From an uncultured Acidobacteriota bacterium (lineage in GTDB: Bacteria > Acidobacteriota > Blastocatellia > RBC074): DNA of 64,000 bases. The DNA is taken from the NCBI GenBank assembly GCA_963796275.1, contig CAWCKY010000004.1, forward strand, positions 832,001-896,000, in the 5' to 3' direction. The notes under the pieces were generated by a model that had not been told where the DNA came from, did no database searches, and saw nothing but the letters and a program-made list of their open reading frames with translations. This document shows, one piece after another, positions 34,101 through 42,990 of this stretch; positions within the stretch are counted from its first letter, which is position 1; each line of letters begins with the position of its first letter. The translations under genes and the position numbers were made by a program.

Positions 34101-34786
34101 GTGACAAGCAGTTGACCGGGACGGGATCGTTCCTCGGCTTCGCCAATCCGCGCTTCAATCAACAGATTTTCCCCAAACTTAATCCGTTGCCCTCGTCCGA
34201 TGAGGAGATCGCCCGCATTCAATCCCATTACTCCGCGGCGCGTATCCTGAGCCGTGGGCAGGCGACCGAGAGCGCTCTCGTCAATCAAATAGGCAAGTAT
34301 GAGATTGTCCATTTGGCCACGCATTCGTTGAGCGACAAGCAGTCATCGCTACTCTCGACGATCGTGCTGGCGGACGAAAGGGATCGACATAAGGGAGAGC
34401 GATATCCCGGCCGAGCCCTATTCGACGGTGCGCTGCGGGCTCACGAGATATACGGCCTGAAGCCGGAGATGACGCGACTGGTAGTTCTCTCGAGCTGCAG
34501 TTCTGGGCTCGGCGATCAGACGCGCAATGAGGCTATGGGCGGCCTGGCGCAGGCATTTCTGGCGGCCGGCGTCCCGACGGTGGTCGCGAGTTTGTGGGAA
34601 ATCGATGATGAGAGTACGGCGGGGCTGATGGAGAAGCTCCACGCCACTCATCGCATGAAGAGACTTGCCTTCGGCCAATCATTGCGCCAGGCACAGATTT
34701 CGTATCTTCAATCCGCGCCCGTGCGGCGTCGGCATCCTTACTTTTGGGCGACTTTTATCGTCACCGGTAATGGATTGACAACTTAA
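31184..34786 (+). CDS. zf-HC2 anti-sigma / TM / TPR / CHAT (caspase-HetF-like) protease fusion
   Basis: EHCLDCLECR (HxxxCxxC), TM LVIIVLLCGSLFGYFIF, TPR helices (WFNRALCYE), CHAT motifs IVPDGLL.NLPFASL, VHLATH (His), VVLSSC (Cys), GLAQAFLAAG, VASLWEIDD, HPYFWATF. Confidence 0.92.
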   Translation: MRDDVNGKNGNKEKERETHPDRNSMVGYVSGSCPTNLRTVIEEHCLDCLECRTQLSILLHLIISAPDAEEHRKFTDLLALGEEAAARARSIIINEQKHPPSLSGGKSFRLRQPALAPALVIIVLLCGSLFGYFIFSRQSSEERMLTRVRDVYQNTRLLQARVTGGFSHQNYIVTRGSGNIAGVDETQRIALLAEINQEVHTRPKAATRHILGKLLMLQGDLEPAEQQFHLALKEAPRHAQLNADLGALYYERSLKKEHEDRELLEKAAEYSSKAVELEPMLSESWFNRALCYEQMNLTHQAESDWEQYLALDSSSAWAEEARVRLEKLRNRKAQMEKQDQSIPEEFLAAEAAGNEPKMREFITRQFVVIQNLAMNHIFDKYLSAAISGEKNQADQHLRALKHIGQLISDIKRDRFVSDAVNFVARGNSAVKKDVQAIRQTLQQARGEYARGNISAASGLYEKAHNAAELIEDHCHAEMAALGLARPYGYADESEGIVSLRNRLVSDSERRFHRQMHAQALLALANVEGAAQQLSLNLQHSNQSAEIAKELGDAQTAVNSLRFVAFAYDSIGDYDLALKKRYEAISLIRDFPASHHINAVVYDGMSDTLFKMGRYPAALHYQREAVWSSEQSVNIPLSVYMTQRLGLIYGMLEKHEMARQHLDQAIARAETVSDKIARKQLQLDLYTNYGDFYVKQNRPGDAITIYQRAIENLVKSGSRFHLSSIHQGLASAYLALGQNEEAEKQLQTSIDLIEQARGQIDDARSRGTFLASQQNIYRAMVTFQFFKKNDHARAFNYAEIAKARDLLDTLAGSPEINTNDGQIRLAVTSSATPLTIEQVQRALPLNTQLVQYVIGKENLMIWLVKRDRLLTANANVSADKLRGKVTAYLDELRKRGNIEGLNSQASELYQWLIAPISKHLEPDSELCIVPDGLLQNLPFASLVSPETKRYLVEDYSLVTNPSASVFARTLELSCDKQLTGTGSFLGFANPRFNQQIFPKLNPLPSSDEEIARIQSHYSAARILSRGQATESALVNQIGKYEIVHLATHSLSDKQSSLLSTIVLADERDRHKGERYPGRALFDGALRAHEIYGLKPEMTRLVVLSSCSSGLGDQTRNEAMGGLAQAFLAAGVPTVVASLWEIDDESTAGLMEKLHATHRMKRLAFGQSLRQAQISYLQSAPVRRRHPYFWATFIVTGNGLTT

Positions 34787-34929
34787 TCGCTCGCTCGGAG
34801 CGCACAATTCCAGCGTGGCAACCTGTGGTCACCCGCCCGACCAGTGACAATCACGGCCAAGTACCGCAGTCCCTGGCACGCTGGTATTGTACGCTCCGAG
34901 ATCGGCGAATTTTTTCTGAGCACACAGCA

Positions 34930-35355
34930 ATGGGAAAAAATCATAGTGCTCCGCCCTGCTGTGAGTCGACAGTCCATCAGACGGTGGCTCTACCGCAGAA
35001 GCTGGCGCAAATAATATTTGATCAAAAAGACTGGGCTTTTGTGTCACAAGAAACTGCTCCCGTCAGGCGACTATTTATCCGAGAGCGCAGATCACTGGCG
35101 CTCCAATGGGTGCGGCACACCCGCCAACTTGCCACCCGGATCGTCATTCACAACTGCTGCGCATCCCCTATAAATCACCAACGCGCAGTCAATTGGTTTA
35201 AGCTATTCAGCAACTACACGCTCCTCCTGAGTATTTGTATCGTTTTGTTTTTCGTAATTCGATGGGGCAATCCTATCTACGCGACCAAACTGGTGGCCTG
35301 GGCGCTCGATATTGTCGAAAGACTCTATCATCCTCCACACACTTCTGCGGTCTAG
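34930..35355 (+). CDS. Hypothetical protein
   Basis: IFDQKDWAFV...LFIRERRSLALQWV resembles small acidobacterial conserved proteins. Start uncertain (34825 or 34930). Confidence 0.55.
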   Translation: MGKNHSAPPCCESTVHQTVALPQKLAQIIFDQKDWAFVSQETAPVRRLFIRERRSLALQWVRHTRQLATRIVIHNCCASPINHQRAVNWFKLFSNYTLLLSICIVLFFVIRWGNPIYATKLVAWALDIVERLYHPPHTSAV

Positions 35356-35395
35356 GTGACATCCGATCAACATCAATAAAACCGGGATAAATTCG

Positions 35396-35893
35396 ATGGG
35401 AGAAAACGCAAACTTTATGATTAAGCATGCCGAGATTGCACTGGCGATAGAGGAGATCGAACGGGAATTTCTCGATGTGATACAGGAAGACATCGCCCGC
35501 TTGATCTTTCTGGCATCAACCCGAGACTATCAGGCCGACCGATACCAGCACGATGTCCTCGCATATCTCTACTCTGAGGATATGGCCGACGAGGCCTTGG
35601 CTGCCTGCCATCGCAAAGTTTTCGATCGCGTTACGATCACGCCGCTTCCCGAACTCGTCTGGCAGCTGGATAGTTATCTCGTTTCGGTCATCATGCCGCA
35701 GAGCGAGGTCATTCAGCTTTGGAAGAAACATACTCCATATCACATATTGCCTCCGAGAGACTGCGATCCTCTAGCCGCGGAGATCTTTTTATCGAATGTT
35801 AAAGTGGCACTGACGATTTTGGAGGAGCGCAGCAAAAATGAGGTGCATTCCAAGCATGACCCGATCTTATCAAAAATAGCAGATTTAGCCTGA
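35396..35893 (+). CDS. Hypothetical protein
   Basis: RLIFLASTRDY..DRY.HD.LA...ALAACHRKVF; co-oriented downstream of the CHAT gene. Confidence 0.7.
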   Translation: MGENANFMIKHAEIALAIEEIEREFLDVIQEDIARLIFLASTRDYQADRYQHDVLAYLYSEDMADEALAACHRKVFDRVTITPLPELVWQLDSYLVSVIMPQSEVIQLWKKHTPYHILPPRDCDPLAAEIFLSNVKVALTILEERSKNEVHSKHDPILSKIADLA

Positions 35894-36069
35894 ATATAAA
35901 CTAAAACAGCCACAGAGACTCACCTGAGATTTCATATATAAGATATGAGATCTAAGTAGTGTCTATGCGGCTGGATAAAAATCGAAAACGCGATCCAGAC
36001 GGATGCCTGACGCCAAGGAGATAGAGACCCCTCTTCTCCTTGGCGTCTTCGCATCTCCGCTTCAAATCA

Positions 36070-38985
36070 TTACGGACCCGTGCATAAGAAGGTCCTAAAT
36101 GACAACGAGAATGCGCGCACGTTGCCAGTATCGAGCGCTGCGACATCGGAGACGCTCAGCGTCCATGTGCCGTTCCCCATCTTACCGTCGAAAGCCGATA
36201 GCGGGTTGGCCGGTTTAAACGTCCCGGTGAAGGGTGCGTTAAGAAACGTGATGTTCTGGATAAAGAACGGTGCGCTATCATCTAGCACCGAATTACAAAA
36301 GTTATTACCATCGTTAGTGATGCCGCCCGGCCGGTTCACCAGCGTGACGGTCGTACCATCCGGCGAGGTCAGTGTGATCACGAGGTCGCTCACCCACTGG
36401 TGGTCGAGCCCGACCGTTGTCGCGCCGCTGGCGCTCGAGCAACTGCTGCCGTCAAAACTGAATTTGAGGCCACTGACCGGGCCTGTCAGCCCGCTCACCA
36501 TAATCGGAATATTGACTCCCGTGGGGATGCCATCGGGAATCGGCACCGGCGGTCCGGTATAACTGATGACTGTGTCGGGAGCCGGCGTTCCCGTCTGAAT
36601 TCTGAAGGTGGAGACCTGCGGCCCGACGGGGCTGTTTGCGTAATTGACCGTCAATGTGAATTCGATCACCTGGCCGCAACCTGCCGCGCTGTCGATGTTG
36701 AAAGTGAACGGCACCGCATTGACGGCACTCTGGCCATTTGAACCGATGATCGGATAGCTGGAAGTGGCCGTGACGATCGTTACGCCCGGAGTTGTGGTAG
36801 TAAGCGTCCCGCTGATGCCGAGCGCCGTGGCGCCACCGATATTGGTCAACTGAGCCGAGACCGTGCCACCTTCACCGGGCTCGAAACTGCCATCGCCATC
36901 ACCAACATCCGCTGTTGCCACCGTGCCGAGTTGGAGCAAAGGCGAAGGAGCCGCGCCGATCTGGAGCAGCGCCCCGAAAGCGTCAATGATTCCGGTTCCG
37001 GAATCGCGGTCACGACCGCTCGCTTCAATGTCGATCGCGGTCTGCATGAGCGCCTGCCGGATCCTATTCTGCGTCGCCCTCGGTCTGGCCGATTTCAGCA
37101 ACGCGGCGACCGCAGCGGCGTGTGGCGCAGCGGCCGATGTGCCGAAGAACGGCTGAAAAAAGGGAACGCTGGTCGACACACCGTCTACCGCTGTCAGGTC
37201 GGGCTTTTTGCGCACCTCTCCGCCATTGTTGCTGAAAAGGAGGCTGCCCGGCGTGATCGGGGTGCCGTCGGATTTGTAGAAAACGCGGCGGAAACCGTCG
37301 GAACTGAACAATTCCACCGGATTGGAAGGGCCGCCGGTAAAGGTCCCGGCTCCCGCGACCGAGGCATCGATCGCCGCGACGCCGAACGCCCCGGCGACAG
37401 AGTTGTGGCCGTGAGTCGATCCGGGAGTTGCGATCCCCAACTGGCCGCCGAAATTGTTCAAATGCAGCGCGCGCCGCTCCGCCCCGTCCGCTTTGAAAAT
37501 CAGGATGCGATCGTTTGCGAGAGCGCCGGCTGTGAATTCGAGGGGGTCGTCATCGCCGTCCTGAATGCTGGTCGACGCATCGAACACCGTGGTCAGCGTG
37601 TTATCCATGATGATGAGGTCATAGTCGTTGGCCGAAGCACCCGCCGGATCCGACCACCATAACCCGAGAATAAATCCAGAATTGGACTCAACGCGGTTTG
37701 CAATCGCGCCGTTGCCGAAATCATGGAGCGTACCGCCGGGAAGTAATGGGAGCGTGGTCCGTGAATTCTTGAAATCACCCTCCCAAACGCTGGAGGTCCC
37801 GTCGTTGAAATTGCCGTCATTGCCGGCCGAAGAAAAATAAAGCGCTCCGTCCGCAACCACCTCCTCGACCGCAGTTGAAATGATGTCGTCGTGGAAGGGC
37901 GATTCGACGTTGTAAATAACGTCGTCGACGATGATGTCGCAGCCCGCAGCGCGCAGTGCGCGAATATTATCGGCGAAACTGTTGACGCCATTGAAAGCGG
38001 TGGCGAAGAAGAGCTTGGCGCCGGGGGCCAGGTCGTAAATGATCTCGAGCATCGCCGTACCCTCACCGCCACCCGGAGGGCCCTCCTGTCCGGGCAACAC
38101 CGTGACATCAGACGGAAGATCGCCTGAAGCAAACGACTGCGGCATGAAGTCGACGCTGTCCGAGAGGACGCCGATCTTGACGCCCGCACCGTTGACGCCG
38201 AAGAAATTACGTCCAGCCAGTGCGCCGAGAGCCGTATCGCCCTCTGAAATGACGTTACCGGTATTTGCCCGCGGAATGTCCTGCGCGCGGCGCGCGCCCG
38301 CTTTCGCAAGAGCCGCTGTGATCTGCGTACGGACGTTCATCGCCCGTTGATCGAAATTGAGCCGTGACCCGGTTTGCAGGAACGGGTTTGTTTTAACGGG
38401 CAGCGTCGCAGGAGCTTTGCCGGCCATGCGGGTGTTGGCGATTTGCCAATGAGTCCTCGCTTGTTCAGCCGACTTGATCGATATGACTTCGGAATTTTCC
38501 GCCAGTGGCGAAATAGCTTCCCACGGCAGCCAGGCTCGGACTTCCTTTTCCGAGGCGCTGGTAATTTGTCCGCCAAACTTCTGGATCATCATCAGAAACG
38601 GCTTGTCGACTCTAGCTCTGATATTAAGGTGCATACGACCGCGGGCATCGATATTTTTTGTCGTGGCGGCCGCCGAGCGTAATGTCCTGACTTCACCGCG
38701 CGCGGTCATCATCTCACCGCGTTGCGATTTCATCGCGTACCGAAGATTCGAAGCGATCTTCTTTTGTGCCGGCGTGAGCGAGTTTTTCTCGGCAAGCAGG
38801 GCACTAATCTGAGCTTGCGCGGCAGCGCTCAGTGGCAACTCACCAGTTGCCGATCCGCCAGGCTGTTGTATCGTACCTCGCTGCGCGCTTGCGCCGCGAA
38901 ATGATACCGGGATCATTAAACAGCTGGCCACGAGAGCAAGTAAAACCACTATTGTTGAACTGGATCTCACGTATCGTTTTATCAT
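36070..38985 (-). CDS. Secreted subtilisin-clan serine protease (S8/S53-like, Asp-Glu-Ser) with C-terminal proprotein-convertase P domain
   Basis: Signal peptide and prodomain; IGVLSDS, GEGTAM, SSAGN, KPDL, GTSAAAPH; P domain HQWVSDLVITLTSPDGT...NGTWTLSVSD; AGGAGG Shine-Dalgarno. Confidence 0.9.
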   Translation of the reverse strand: MIKRYVRSSSTIVVLLALVASCLMIPVSFRGASAQRGTIQQPGGSATGELPLSAAAQAQISALLAEKNSLTPAQKKIASNLRYAMKSQRGEMMTARGEVRTLRSAAATTKNIDARGRMHLNIRARVDKPFLMMIQKFGGQITSASEKEVRAWLPWEAISPLAENSEVISIKSAEQARTHWQIANTRMAGKAPATLPVKTNPFLQTGSRLNFDQRAMNVRTQITAALAKAGARRAQDIPRANTGNVISEGDTALGALAGRNFFGVNGAGVKIGVLSDSVDFMPQSFASGDLPSDVTVLPGQEGPPGGGEGTAMLEIIYDLAPGAKLFFATAFNGVNSFADNIRALRAAGCDIIVDDVIYNVESPFHDDIISTAVEEVVADGALYFSSAGNDGNFNDGTSSVWEGDFKNSRTTLPLLPGGTLHDFGNGAIANRVESNSGFILGLWWSDPAGASANDYDLIIMDNTLTTVFDASTSIQDGDDDPLEFTAGALANDRILIFKADGAERRALHLNNFGGQLGIATPGSTHGHNSVAGAFGVAAIDASVAGAGTFTGGPSNPVELFSSDGFRRVFYKSDGTPITPGSLLFSNNGGEVRKKPDLTAVDGVSTSVPFFQPFFGTSAAAPHAAAVAALLKSARPRATQNRIRQALMQTAIDIEASGRDRDSGTGIIDAFGALLQIGAAPSPLLQLGTVATADVGDGDGSFEPGEGGTVSAQLTNIGGATALGISGTLTTTTPGVTIVTATSSYPIIGSNGQSAVNAVPFTFNIDSAAGCGQVIEFTLTVNYANSPVGPQVSTFRIQTGTPAPDTVISYTGPPVPIPDGIPTGVNIPIMVSGLTGPVSGLKFSFDGSSCSSASGATTVGLDHQWVSDLVITLTSPDGTTVTLVNRPGGITNDGNNFCNSVLDDSAPFFIQNITFLNAPFTGTFKPANPLSAFDGKMGNGTWTLSVSDVAALDTGNVRAFSLSFRTFLCTGP

Positions 38986-39559
38986 TAGACCTCCTGAAGT
39001 CTATTCTGAGGGAGAAGCGGGTTACCGCTTGTTGTAAGGAAAGCGTCTGAGACAGCCGTGTTAGTAATTACCGCCTCATACCGATCAAAGATGATAATCA
39101 GCCACGATGTGATATACACCGAATATCTGTTATTGCTGCGAATTGAATGGCCGAACGGAGCGCTTAAATCACCCGCTGCGGGGTCACGCTCTCAGGAAGA
39201 CAGAGTGGGTGTCTTTCTCCGATCTTAGAGGCCAAGGTGGAGATTCTACAGATCAATCTATGTTTCGTCCATACTTATGCCTCAATAAGGGCAACTTATG
39301 TCACGAATTTACCAATAATTTTTACCGATAATTTTTATATTAAATTTAAGTTGTATCTCGCAATTTATTTACACAGACTTATTAACATGGCATGTCGGGG
39401 AACTGACAATATCGTTTTCCATTTGCAACCGATCGGTCGGCGATGCAATGAGGAAACGGAATGGCGGTCTGAGCCGGTATGCACCTTGGCAAGCCCCGCC
39501 TATTCGATTACGGGGTCGTTAATATATGCAATCGCTGGCCGATCTCGGAGATTACATTC

Positions 39560-42500
39560 ATGTTAAAAAATATCACCCTGCTTCTCACGACGATCTTGTT
39601 TTTAGGCGCGTCGCACGCATCAGCGCAGCAAGAGACGGCGACGGTGACTGGCGAGGTCAAGGACGGTTCGGGCGCCGTGGTTCCACAGGCGACCATCACC
39701 ATTACCAACACCGGCACCAACATCAGCATCAGGAGCGAAACGAACGAACTCGGCTCCTATACCGTGCCAAACCTACGGCCTGGTGCTTACAGCATCACCG
39801 TCGAAAAAACAGGTTTCAACAAAACCGTGCGCAGCGGGCTGGTCCTGCAGGTCAACCAGGTCGTGCGCATCGACTTAGCCTTACTACCCGGGGGCGTCAA
39901 CGAGGTAATCGAAGTGGCAGGCGGAGCGACGCTGCTCGAAACGGAGACATCATCGCGTGGAGCGTTGATCGATCAGAAGAAGATCGTCGATCTGCCGCTC
40001 AACGGGCGCGACTACAATCAGCTCGCGCTCCTCTCGCCCGGTGTGCTGGCCGGCACGCCGCGACTCGCATCGATCAATTTCAAGGGTGCGATCAATGTCA
40101 ACGGCAACCGGGTGTTTATGAATGTATTCCTGCTCGACGGCGTGGACAACATTTCGTACTCAAATAGCTTTCGCGGCGACAATGTCCAGGTCGTCCAGCC
40201 TTCGATCGAGGCGCTGCAGGAGTTCAAAATTCAAACCAATGCCTACTCAGCCGAGTTCGGCCGCTCGGCGGGAGCTGTGGTAAACGCAGCGATCAAATCG
40301 GGTACGAATGCCTTTCACGGCAGCGCCTACGAATTCCTGCGCAACGACGCGCTCGACGCCAACAATTTCTTCGCCAACTTCACCGGGCAGGAGAAGCCCG
40401 TCCGCCAACGCAACCAGTTAGGCGGCGCGCTCGGCGGCCCGGTCATCAAAAACAGGACATTTTTCTTCGGCGATTATGAAGGTATGCGCGAGCGCGAGGG
40501 CATCGTGCGCATCTCCACGTTGCCGTTGCCCAGCGAGAAAAATGGCATCTTTCTTAACAGCGATGGAACACCAGCTCTGATTCGAGACCCTTTCAAGACC
40601 GGTAATTGCATCAGCTCTAACCGACCTGAAGACCAAGTCGCGTGTTTTCCCAACGGCACTATACCCACGGGCAGCTTCGACCAGGTCGGTGCAAAAATCG
40701 TCGCCTTAATTCCGGATCCGAACCTTCCCGGCACAAGCAACAACTATGTCGCCACGCCAGTCACACGCACGCGCCAGGATCAGTTCGACGTGCGCATCGA
40801 TCATAACTTCAGCAGCAATCTCAATGCATTTGGACGTTACAGTTTCGTTGATTCGAACCTTTTCCGTCCCGCGCCGCTGCCGGGCCTGGCAGAAGGATCA
40901 TTCAACGATGCGTTCGGCACGGGCGACAGCCGTTCCCAGGGTATGGCAGCCGGCGTGAACTGGACGATCAGCTCTCTGATGACCGCCGACATCCGATTCG
41001 GCCACACGCGCGGCGACTACTTCGTCTTCCCTCCCAATTTCGGAGTGAATGGCGCGGAACAGGTCGGCTTGAATAACGTGCCGGGTGATCCGGAGATCGC
41101 CGGAGGATTACCGAAGATCAACCTCCAGGGCTTTTCGGCGATCGGACGCCACACTTCAACGCCGCAGTTCCAGACGCCGCGCAGTTACGATTTCAAGGGA
41201 TCGCTCTCGTATCTCCGCGGCCGGCACTTTATGAAATACGGCGGTGAACTGCTGTTGGTAAACACCGGAATACGCGATATCAATGCGCTGATCGGCAACT
41301 TGAACTTCAACAACAATCTCTTCACGGGGCGTGCAATCGGCGATCTGCTGCTCGGACTTCCCCAACGCTTGACGCTCACCAGCAACTCGGTCTTCAATCA
41401 GAAGCAGCAGCTCTATTTCCTATACCTGCAGGACGATTTCAAAGTCTCACAGAAACTGACGCTGAATCTCGGTTTGCGCTATGAATATGCAACGCCTGTC
41501 GTTGAGGAAGACAATCAATTCGTCAACCTTGATCCGCTCACCGGCTCAGTAATTACGGCGAAAGACGGAAGCCTGTTCGACCGCGCATTGGTTCGTCCGG
41601 ACCGCAATAACATCGCGCCGCGGGTCGGATTTGCCTGGTCGCCGACGGGTCGCTGGGTGGTTCGCGGAGCTTACGGAATATTCTACAACCATACGAACCG
41701 GCAGGGCCGCGAGGGCCTGTTAGGATTCAATCCGCCGTTCCTGGTTGACAACACGATCAGCGTCTCGGGCAATAGCCAGCCGGCCAGCAGCGCGATCTTC
41801 CGGTTGCAAAACGGCTATCCATCGGGCCTGCTCGATCCTGGCAATCTGACGCCCACGATCATGCGGCGCGCACAGGACATCGACCAGCGCTCACCATATA
41901 TCCAGCAATGGAACTTCGGGATACAGCGGGAGATTCGAACAGACCTGCTTATCGAAATCGCATATGTGGGTAACAAAGGCACCAAACTGGCCGGTTTTCG
42001 CAACCTGAATCAACGCGCAGTTGTGTTCAATCCGCAGACGGGCGCGGCGAGCGCGGGGGCGCGGCCGTTCCCGCAATTCGGCGATATCCAGTTTCTCGAG
42101 AACCGCGTCCTTTCGAACTACCACTCGATGCAGATTCGCGTCGAGAAACGCTATTCGGCAGGCCTCACATTCCTCGGCAGTTACACCTGGGGCAAGGCTC
42201 TGACGCTCTCGCCCGACCATCTGTCAACCAGCGGAGTCGGCGCCGGTTTCGATGTAGGGACCTTCCGCGAACCTCAGAATCCGAACGATCTGCGATCCGA
42301 ACGCGGGCTGGCAGAATTCGACATCGAGCAGCGCGGCGTAATCAGCTACGTGTGGGAGATTCCTTTCGGCAAATCCCGCAAGTTCGGGAAGAACGCGAGC
42401 GCGCTGGGCGATCTGTTGTTCGGCGGATGGAATGTAACCGGCATTAATACATTTCAGAGCGGCCTCGGGCTGACCGCCATACAAACAGGCGGTTTAGTCT

Positions 42501-42871
42501 TGGACCTGGGCGGGGAACGCCGCGGCAGACCGAATCTGATCGGCGATCCGAAGGGCCCAAAAACGACCGAAGAATGGTTCAATAAAGCCGCGTTTTCGCA
42601 GATCAACCCGAACCAGGGGCTCGTCTTCGGCAATTCGGGTGTCGGCGTGATGAGGGGCCCCGGTCTGGTTAATTTCGATTTCACTTTTTCGAAAAACATC
42701 GCCGTGACCGAGACGAAATACTTTCAGTTCCGCACGGAGTTATTCAACGCATTCAACCACACCAACCTGGGGTTGCCGAGCCTCGATATCGCCAACGCTG
42801 CTTTTGGATCCATTCGGACAACTGCAACCCCTGCGCGGATCATCCAATTCGCGCTGAAGTTCTACTTTTGA
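39560..42871 (+). CDS. TonB-dependent receptor, Oar-like, with carboxypeptidase-regulatory-like N-domain
   Basis: TVTGEVKDGSGAVVP, DLPLNGRDY, EFKIQTNAYSAEFGR, KSGTN.FHGSAYEF.RN, QDDFK, APRVGFAW, C-terminal QFALKFYF. Confidence 0.93.
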   Translation: MLKNITLLLTTILFLGASHASAQQETATVTGEVKDGSGAVVPQATITITNTGTNISIRSETNELGSYTVPNLRPGAYSITVEKTGFNKTVRSGLVLQVNQVVRIDLALLPGGVNEVIEVAGGATLLETETSSRGALIDQKKIVDLPLNGRDYNQLALLSPGVLAGTPRLASINFKGAINVNGNRVFMNVFLLDGVDNISYSNSFRGDNVQVVQPSIEALQEFKIQTNAYSAEFGRSAGAVVNAAIKSGTNAFHGSAYEFLRNDALDANNFFANFTGQEKPVRQRNQLGGALGGPVIKNRTFFFGDYEGMREREGIVRISTLPLPSEKNGIFLNSDGTPALIRDPFKTGNCISSNRPEDQVACFPNGTIPTGSFDQVGAKIVALIPDPNLPGTSNNYVATPVTRTRQDQFDVRIDHNFSSNLNAFGRYSFVDSNLFRPAPLPGLAEGSFNDAFGTGDSRSQGMAAGVNWTISSLMTADIRFGHTRGDYFVFPPNFGVNGAEQVGLNNVPGDPEIAGGLPKINLQGFSAIGRHTSTPQFQTPRSYDFKGSLSYLRGRHFMKYGGELLLVNTGIRDINALIGNLNFNNNLFTGRAIGDLLLGLPQRLTLTSNSVFNQKQQLYFLYLQDDFKVSQKLTLNLGLRYEYATPVVEEDNQFVNLDPLTGSVITAKDGSLFDRALVRPDRNNIAPRVGFAWSPTGRWVVRGAYGIFYNHTNRQGREGLLGFNPPFLVDNTISVSGNSQPASSAIFRLQNGYPSGLLDPGNLTPTIMRRAQDIDQRSPYIQQWNFGIQREIRTDLLIEIAYVGNKGTKLAGFRNLNQRAVVFNPQTGAASAGARPFPQFGDIQFLENRVLSNYHSMQIRVEKRYSAGLTFLGSYTWGKALTLSPDHLSTSGVGAGFDVGTFREPQNPNDLRSERGLAEFDIEQRGVISYVWEIPFGKSRKFGKNASALGDLLFGGWNVTGINTFQSGLGLTAIQTGGLVLDLGGERRGRPNLIGDPKGPKTTEEWFNKAAFSQINPNQGLVFGNSGVGVMRGPGLVNFDFTFSKNIAVTETKYFQFRTELFNAFNHTNLGLPSLDIANAAFGSIRTTATPARIIQFALKFYF

Positions 42872-42990
42872 TTTTCTCAGATAGAAGAAGGAGAATACGA
42901 ATCAAACGGACCTAACGAAATGAGCGAAAACATCGGGTTTTTTCGGCTGTTTCGCTACTTTCGTTTGTTGTATTCTCTCTTATTAAGCAT

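Noticed and set aside
25100-34786. Type III-E CRISPR-associated protease (Craspase) locus
   Set aside because: No Cas7-11, no array and no recognisable Csx30/Csx31; the resemblance is mechanistic only.
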